A stretch of DNA of 64,000 nt, from the NCBI GenBank assembly GCA_001776935.1, contig MFDN01000001.1, positions 293,449 through 357,448 of the forward strand, written 5' to 3'. The notes beneath the pieces were generated by a model, which was given only the letters and a program-made list of their open reading frames with translations, had not been told where the DNA came from and did no database searches. Every line of letters begins with the position of its first letter. Position 1 is the first letter of the stretch. The position numbers and the translations under genes are program-made. Below, piece after piece: positions 58,942 through 64,000 of this stretch. The stretch is from Candidatus Daviesbacteria bacterium RIFCSPLOWO2_01_FULL_39_23 (lineage in GTDB: Bacteria > Patescibacteriota > Microgenomatia > Daviesbacterales > UBA10151).

Positions 58942-59245
58942 AGGTTTTCATAGGTTGTCAGGTTGAGCGGAATTAGTAGCAGGAGAGTATTTGGAGATAT
59001 TGGGAATAAGTGGAACAAGTTTCTTAAAGGAGGTTATTTCTTTAATTTCAATTGCATTATTTTCTGCTTTCATTTTAACTCTGAATGTATGGAAAAGCTA
59101 GACTGATTAGTAGTAAGTAGTAAGTAGGGGTAGCTGGGATGATACTAGGTGTCAGTTATGTTCAATAAAGGCCTTATAACCAGTCAACTGTTTATTATTC
59201 CCTGAACCGGAATAGATATTTTTAGTTCCAAAGGTAAAGGAAATA

Positions 59246-60229
59246 TTATTTTTGGACGATTCTGTAGTATCTACCACGGGTTTTCCCGCTTGTTTCTATT
59301 AAACCTTTGTCAACTAGGCTTTTCAGATCATACCGCAGGGTTCTCCCGGGGATTTTTGGAAATCTTCTTCTTATCATATCAAAAGATATAACTTTATGGT
59401 CTTTCATAATATTAACTATTTCCTCTTGTCTTGGGGCAAGAAACCTTTGTTTATTTGCAATTTCTTCCTCAAGTTGGTTTTTTAATGTTTCCAGTTGATC
59501 AAGATAAGCCTCCAGCATAAACTCAAGGTATTCATTTGTATTCTGCAATCCTTTATCCAGATGAAAATAGTAGTCACTTTTGTGGGCATCGAGATATTCT
59601 TCAAACGGGACCGCAAAGGCAAAGTTCCATCCGTAAGACTTTAAAACAGCTGATATCAGGAGCCTGCCTACTCTGCCGTTCCCATCCAGGAACGGGTGGA
59701 TTTTCTCAAAGATAAGATGGCTAAGGAACGCCGTTACAAGAGGAAACCCTTCTTTTTTGGAATTGATAAATTGAAGTAATTGGTTCAAAAGGGGATTAAT
59801 TTGTGAGGGGCGGGGTGGTAAATATACCGCAACATTGGCCTGATTAAAAATTACACTTACTTCGGTCCGGATTTGTCCGGCATCAGGACTTAAATCTTTA
59901 AGCACTACAAGGTGTAATTTTAAAAGAATGTTTTTAGAAAGAGGTTCATCGACCTTTATCCGGTTAATTAAATTTGCCGCATCTATAAGGTTAAAAATTT
60001 CTTTTTTCTTTTGTTTTTCCGTATTCTTAGATTCCAGATCAGAAATCTCAAGAGTATTTCCTTCGATACGGGCAGAGTAAAGAGAGCTTTTTAAGAGACT
60101 TATTCTTTTGATTTTATCCATGATTTTGGGAGGAAGATTGGCAGAAGAGAAGTGTATTCTTAAGACTTCGATTTTTGTTATAAGAGAGATTATCCTGTTG
60201 GTTGTAGTGTATAAAGGAGGGATCCACAT
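59246..60229 (-). CDS. Fic/Doc-family protein with C-terminal winged-helix domain
   Basis: Fic motif 'HPFLDGNGRVGRLL' (HPFx[DE]GNGR). C-terminal 'RTLRYDLKSLVDKGLI'. Confidence 0.8.
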   Translation of the reverse strand: MWIPPLYTTTNRIISLITKIEVLRIHFSSANLPPKIMDKIKRISLLKSSLYSARIEGNTLEISDLESKNTEKQKKKEIFNLIDAANLINRIKVDEPLSKNILLKLHLVVLKDLSPDAGQIRTEVSVIFNQANVAVYLPPRPSQINPLLNQLLQFINSKKEGFPLVTAFLSHLIFEKIHPFLDGNGRVGRLLISAVLKSYGWNFAFAVPFEEYLDAHKSDYYFHLDKGLQNTNEYLEFMLEAYLDQLETLKNQLEEEIANKQRFLAPRQEEIVNIMKDHKVISFDMIRRRFPKIPGRTLRYDLKSLVDKGLIETSGKTRGRYYRIVQK

Positions 60230-60287
60230 AACCCTATTTTACCAAATATTGCCGAATCTTGCCATATGTTGCCAAATATTGCTTAAA

Positions 60288-61469
60288 TCAGGTTGAGAAA
60301 ATATAGAGTTCTTCTTCGGCTCTTGTGACAGCAGTATAAAGCCATCTGCGCCAGATATCATCTGTCATTTGTTTAAATCTTTCCTCAAATAAAATCACTT
60401 TTTTTGATTGCGACCCCTGTGCTTTGTGCACAGTTAAGGCATACCCAAAATCAAATAAATCCCCTGCCATAATTTGTGAGCGCTTTTCCGTAAAATTTAA
60501 GGGTTTATCAGAGTTAAACTGCATAACAGAAATAAGCCCCTCATAATTTTTGTCTTCATCATCCATACAAATTTCTGCTTCATACCAGCTGTTGTCTTTT
60601 TTCTTTATATTGATAATTGTTCCCAGCATGCCGTTTGCGATATTTTTTTTGTGATTATTCCGCAGGCAGATCACCCTGTCTCCTGATTGTGGTTCGGGTG
60701 ATTCAAATCCTAAGATGTTTCTTATATGATTATTTAATTTTCTGCGGGTGGAGTTGTAACCGCAGAGGATCAGGGTATCTGTTTGAAAATTTGCAAGCAT
60801 TTCTCCCATTTCTTCCCGGGCATCCGGATCATCAGGAGAAAATTTTTTGACACCGGAGGAATATTTGCCCGGACGGATTAAGCCGTGTTCTCTTGCCTGA
60901 ATAGATAATCCGATTATCGGGTTTTGCCTTGCCTGACGGTGTATTTCTTCCAAACGCAAATTGGGATCCTCCATTAAATTAAAATTTCCTTTAATCGGGG
61001 GAAGCTGACCATGATCGCCAACTACAATAATCGGTACATGATAACCCAGGAGATGATTCCAGATTGTTTCATCTACCATGGAGGCCTCATCTATGATAAT
61101 TAAGTTGCATTCAATTTCATCTTTTGTCTGCCAGCCGATAATTTCTTCTTTTTCATTAACAATAGGGGAGTAAATTAAGGAATGAATCGTGCTGACTGTA
61201 TCTTTTTTTAAGATGACATTTTGCATTTTTAGTTTATTTTTCAAAACCCGGGCTGCTTTGCCGGTGTATGATGCAAACCCCACTTTTAAGTTTTTATTTT
61301 CTTTGGCAAGTTTTTGCCTTAAAATGGCAATTAAAGTAGTTTTGCCGGTGCCTGCATATCCTCCCAGGGTGATGAATTGCTTTTTTTCTTTTTCTTTTTT
61401 CCGCCAGCCGGCAGACCAGGCCAAAATTGAATCCAAAACATTTTGCTGGTCTTTTGAGAGATTAATCAT
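60288..61469 (-). CDS. RecD/Dda-like SF1 DNA helicase (AAA_30 + UvrD_C_2)
   Basis: Walker A 'GGYAGTGKTT'. Walker B 'LIIIDEASMV'. C-terminal 'YALTVHKAQGSQ'. Confidence 0.75.
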   Translation of the reverse strand: MINLSKDQQNVLDSILAWSAGWRKKEKEKKQFITLGGYAGTGKTTLIAILRQKLAKENKNLKVGFASYTGKAARVLKNKLKMQNVILKKDTVSTIHSLIYSPIVNEKEEIIGWQTKDEIECNLIIIDEASMVDETIWNHLLGYHVPIIVVGDHGQLPPIKGNFNLMEDPNLRLEEIHRQARQNPIIGLSIQAREHGLIRPGKYSSGVKKFSPDDPDAREEMGEMLANFQTDTLILCGYNSTRRKLNNHIRNILGFESPEPQSGDRVICLRNNHKKNIANGMLGTIINIKKKDNSWYEAEICMDDEDKNYEGLISVMQFNSDKPLNFTEKRSQIMAGDLFDFGYALTVHKAQGSQSKKVILFEERFKQMTDDIWRRWLYTAVTRAEEELYIFST

Positions 61470-61508
61470 ACCTGTGAATTTTAATACTAAATATGGTAAT
61501 GTAGGAAT

Positions 61509-62045
61509 ATGTCAGATACACAAGAGATTTGTCCCAAATGCGGCTCAAGCTTAGGCGAGGTTGTGCAAACTGCTACCGGTAAAAAGCTTAGGAGGTGTTC
61601 TGCCGGAGCCTGGAACCCCCAGACCAAAAAAAATGAGGGATGCGAATATGTTTTATGGCTTGCTGTTGAACCGCAAAATTTGGATGAAAAATGCCCCAAA
61701 TGCGGTGCAGGATTGATTTTGCAGACCACGCGTTTTGGCAAGAAAATGAAAAAGTGCGCTAGTGGCGGCTGGGATAAAGAGGCCAAAAAAGCAACGGGTT
61801 GTGATTTTGTTGAGTGGATAAACGGCAGTTCTGAGCCTTTGGATGAAAAATGTCCTGACTGCGGGGAGTCTTTGGTTTTATATACAACAGCAGCAGGTAA
61901 AAAGATGAAGAAATGTTCAACGGCAGGCTGGGACAGGGAAGCAAGGAAAGCAACAGGTTGTACATATGTCCAGTGGCTAAAACCAGGGGAAATCCCCCAA
62001 ACTCCAAGCAGTGCAGGAGAGGAATTTTTACCCCCGGAAAAATAG
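61509..62045 (+). CDS. YrdD-like protein: three tandem topoisomerase-IA-type C4 zinc ribbons
   Basis: Three repeats of 'CPKCG..L......GKK..(K/R)C...GW....KK..GC.(Y/F)V.W'. Confidence 0.65.
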   Translation: MSDTQEICPKCGSSLGEVVQTATGKKLRRCSAGAWNPQTKKNEGCEYVLWLAVEPQNLDEKCPKCGAGLILQTTRFGKKMKKCASGGWDKEAKKATGCDFVEWINGSSEPLDEKCPDCGESLVLYTTAAGKKMKKCSTAGWDREARKATGCTYVQWLKPGEIPQTPSSAGEEFLPPEK

Positions 62046-62053
62046 ATTGATGT

Positions 62054-62653
62054 ATGGAAAATGCCGGCGTAGAAATTAACCAAAACGCAAAAAAGAGCCT
62101 TGAAGACATTTTAAAAGAGGCGGATGAAAAGTCTGAGGGTAGTCAGGGAATAAAAGTTTCTGAGGCCTGGAGATATCGGGAAGCAGTCCGGGTCAAATAC
62201 GGCTTGCCGGAATGCGGCTACAGGTGGGAGGATCCGATAAGGTATATCAGCGAAGCGGAAGGCTTGCTGAAAGAAAACGGAGTACAGGTAAGAGGGAAAC
62301 ATGAATTTTCCACCTTCTTTAAGGAAAACCCAGGCGCTATTGCATTACATTCCGGTCCTAATGTTTTTAGAGATTCAACTGTTGCGGTAGAAGAGGCTTC
62401 TGACGGGGAATGGTTTAAGCTTAGAGCCCGCGCTAATCAGTTAGCTCATGAGTCGGTTCACGCTTTTCAAGATATCAAATATCCAAGAATGCCGGATGAG
62501 GAAGCTGAAAGAGAAGCATTTTATTACCAGATGCTAACACCCCAGCAGATTGTTAGCCATAAAGATGATCCCGAATTTTTATATAGCCTGGTAAATGATG
62601 TAATAGAAGGTAATGTTCAGTGTTCAGTTTCGATTGATCAGAAAATTAATTAG
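62054..62653 (+). CDS. Small putative zinc metallopeptidase (HExxH)
   Basis: 199 aa with 'LAHESVHAF'. 8-nt gap to the zinc-ribbon gene suggests co-transcription. Confidence 0.4.
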   Translation: MENAGVEINQNAKKSLEDILKEADEKSEGSQGIKVSEAWRYREAVRVKYGLPECGYRWEDPIRYISEAEGLLKENGVQVRGKHEFSTFFKENPGAIALHSGPNVFRDSTVAVEEASDGEWFKLRARANQLAHESVHAFQDIKYPRMPDEEAEREAFYYQMLTPQQIVSHKDDPEFLYSLVNDVIEGNVQCSVSIDQKIN

Positions 62654-63733
62654 TTATTTAACTAAATTTTGGCTTTGCACTTTCATAGCTTCAAGAATTT
62701 TTATTTTTTCTTCCCCTTCCAAAAAGTGCGGTTGTCCAAAATCTTCTATTTGAATAGGAAAAAATTCCGCATCAATTAAAGTTTTATCATAAAAAGTATA
62801 TTTTCCCACAACTCCCTGCTTGGTTTTTAAACTCCACTCCTGATCAAAAATAAAATTCCCGTGAGCGTAAGTAATTAATTTATTTTTGTATACTTCAACG
62901 GGCTGGATCCAGTGCGGGTGATTGCCGATGATTAAATCTGCCCCGGCATCTATTGCAAAACGGGCTAAATATTTTTGTCTCTCATCCGGCTGGTCCTGAT
63001 ATTCAACACCCCAGTGGAAAGCAACTATGACTACATCAGCGATTTTCTTTGCCTTAAGAATTTCAGATTTTATTTTTTCTTCATCTGCATTGGAAATACC
63101 CGGCTGGGGTTTGGTTATATCGTTATACCCTAAAAAGGCAAATTTTAGTCCCCGGATATCCATAACAACCGGCCCGTTTACTCCGGTTACCAGGACCCTG
63201 TTTTTTACCAGAAGGTCATATGTTTTTTGCACGCCCTCTTTACCAAAATTTCCGGCATGGTTGTTGGCCAAAGAGGCAATATCAACTCCGCTGTATTTTA
63301 AGCCTTCTAAATTCCCGGCATCTCCGCAAAAAATCATTCCCTCATTGGTTAAAGGACAATTTGGAAAAAGCGGAGTTTCCAGATTTATGAAAGTAATATC
63401 AGCGCTTTTTAAAATTTGAGCAGTTTCCAGGTACGGCCATTTAAAATCTTTTCTAATATTGGCCTGAAAATTCACCGAGCGGGCAGGAATAATGTCTCCT
63501 GTTGCAATAATGGTTCTTAGTTTTTCTTTGGGAAAAGAGGAAATTTGATTATGACCGGGGCTAAATATTTGATCAATTGCGGGTATTTTTTCAATATAGG
63601 AGGGTTTTTCCGGTTTAGTAATTATATTTTTACCTTCAAGGAATACAGGTTTGATAATTTCTAAAGGCTTTTTAGGAAGCAGGAAAAAAACCAGCCCGGC
63701 AATTAATACTAAGGCAAGAATTAATTTGACCAT
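62654..63733 (-). CDS. capA: CapA/PGA_cap-family metallophosphatase-fold protein (poly-gamma-glutamate capsule synthesis-like)
   Basis: N-terminal TM segment. 'GNHPHWIQPVEVY...HGNFIFDQ'. Calcineurin-like layout. Confidence 0.7.
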   Translation of the reverse strand: MVKLILALVLIAGLVFFLLPKKPLEIIKPVFLEGKNIITKPEKPSYIEKIPAIDQIFSPGHNQISSFPKEKLRTIIATGDIIPARSVNFQANIRKDFKWPYLETAQILKSADITFINLETPLFPNCPLTNEGMIFCGDAGNLEGLKYSGVDIASLANNHAGNFGKEGVQKTYDLLVKNRVLVTGVNGPVVMDIRGLKFAFLGYNDITKPQPGISNADEEKIKSEILKAKKIADVVIVAFHWGVEYQDQPDERQKYLARFAIDAGADLIIGNHPHWIQPVEVYKNKLITYAHGNFIFDQEWSLKTKQGVVGKYTFYDKTLIDAEFFPIQIEDFGQPHFLEGEEKIKILEAMKVQSQNLVK

Positions 63734-63737
63734 GTTT

Positions 63738-64000
63738 TTAATGATATACTAAAGAATAGTAACTTATGACAGGGATATTTTCTTTTTTTTGCAATTGGCC
63801 GGAATTTGTATGATACAAAAGGTCCATTCCGGTTGTTCCCAGATTCTGCATTGTTTTTAAAAGTACGGTAATCGAAGGGGGGCTGTCCAGGTAGTCGCTG
63901 TTTAGCAGGTACAATTTTTGGAAATTAAATTCTTCAATTGCTCCTAATGTTATTTTGTCTTTTTCTTTGGCCTGCGTGCTTTTAAGATAGTGGGAAAAAT
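63738..64000 (-). CDS. Partial hypothetical protein (start beyond window end)
   Basis: Manual reverse-strand translation is open from the window end to the stop at 63738-63740 (>=87 aa). Confidence 0.3.
   Translation of the reverse strand, partial: FSHYLKSTQAKEKDKITLGAIEEFNFQKLYLLNSDYLDSPPSITVLLKTMQNLGTTGMDLLYHTNSGQLQKKENIPVISYYSLVYH

Noticed and set aside
1-64000. Search for CRISPR arrays, tRNAs, rRNAs and integrases
   Set aside because: No regularly spaced direct repeats were found. No cloverleaf-like 70-90-nt GC-rich segments in the intergenic regions I inspected. No tyrosine or serine recombinase signature in any ORF.

Overview
This is a low-GC window (~38% by eye) with tightly packed genes, in four blocks. 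No rRNA, tRNA or CRISPR array was recognised. (1) 1-2366: a partial minus-strand ORF running past the window start that has a PD-(D/E)XK-like motif, an SRPBCC-like protein, and a fusion of an ATP-cone domain with an Mrr-like endonuclease domain. (2) 2375-21770: a large metal/redox island. It holds a CsoR repressor with a palindromic operator in its promoter, a CPH-type P1B copper ATPase, four small YHS/TRASH proteins, a MerA-like flavoprotein (CxxxxC active site and C-terminal CC pair), two thioredoxin-fold (CxxxC) genes each followed by a CcdA-family membrane thiol-disulfide transporter gene, and a second CsoR/RcnR-like repressor. It also holds an OmpR-family two-component system, Cys-rich membrane and secreted thioredoxin-repeat proteins, and a BlaI/CopY-BlaR1 (M56) pair downstream of a Met-rich SHOCT protein, with dyad operators. 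A DUF218 protein, an alpha/beta hydrolase and a 1128-aa orphan protein follow. (3) 27053-45654: a plus-strand phage-like structural/lysis module. It runs from a scaffold-like acidic protein and major capsid protein through a SAP/HeH protein, a ~190-aa domain repeated three times (the 561-aa copy ends in a PGRP-type amidase), a KH-domain protein, a tail fibre with 40-aa tandem repeats and a 1900-aa virion protein, to an M23 peptidase, a holin-like protein and an XhlA-like protein. No portal, terminase or integrase is visible. (4) 45660-62653: a minus-strand defence-like island. It contains a radical SAM protein, a NUDIX hydrolase, a Cas4/RecB-like Fe-S nuclease, a retropepsin-like protease with a small partner, and a YgjP/DUF45 peptidase. 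It also contains a Type I R-M operon (hsdM-hsdS-hsdR) interrupted by two unknown genes (one membrane, one with an Rx4H motif) and preceded by another tightly coupled unknown gene, then a Fic protein and a RecD/Dda-like helicase. A YrdD-like triple zinc-ribbon protein and a small HExxH protein sit divergently on the plus strand. A CapA-family gene and a second partial ORF close the window. The most novel candidates are the Type I R-M operon with embedded accessory genes and the capsid/tail/lysis module that lacks packaging genes. All functional calls are motif-based from reading the sequence; no database search was possible.
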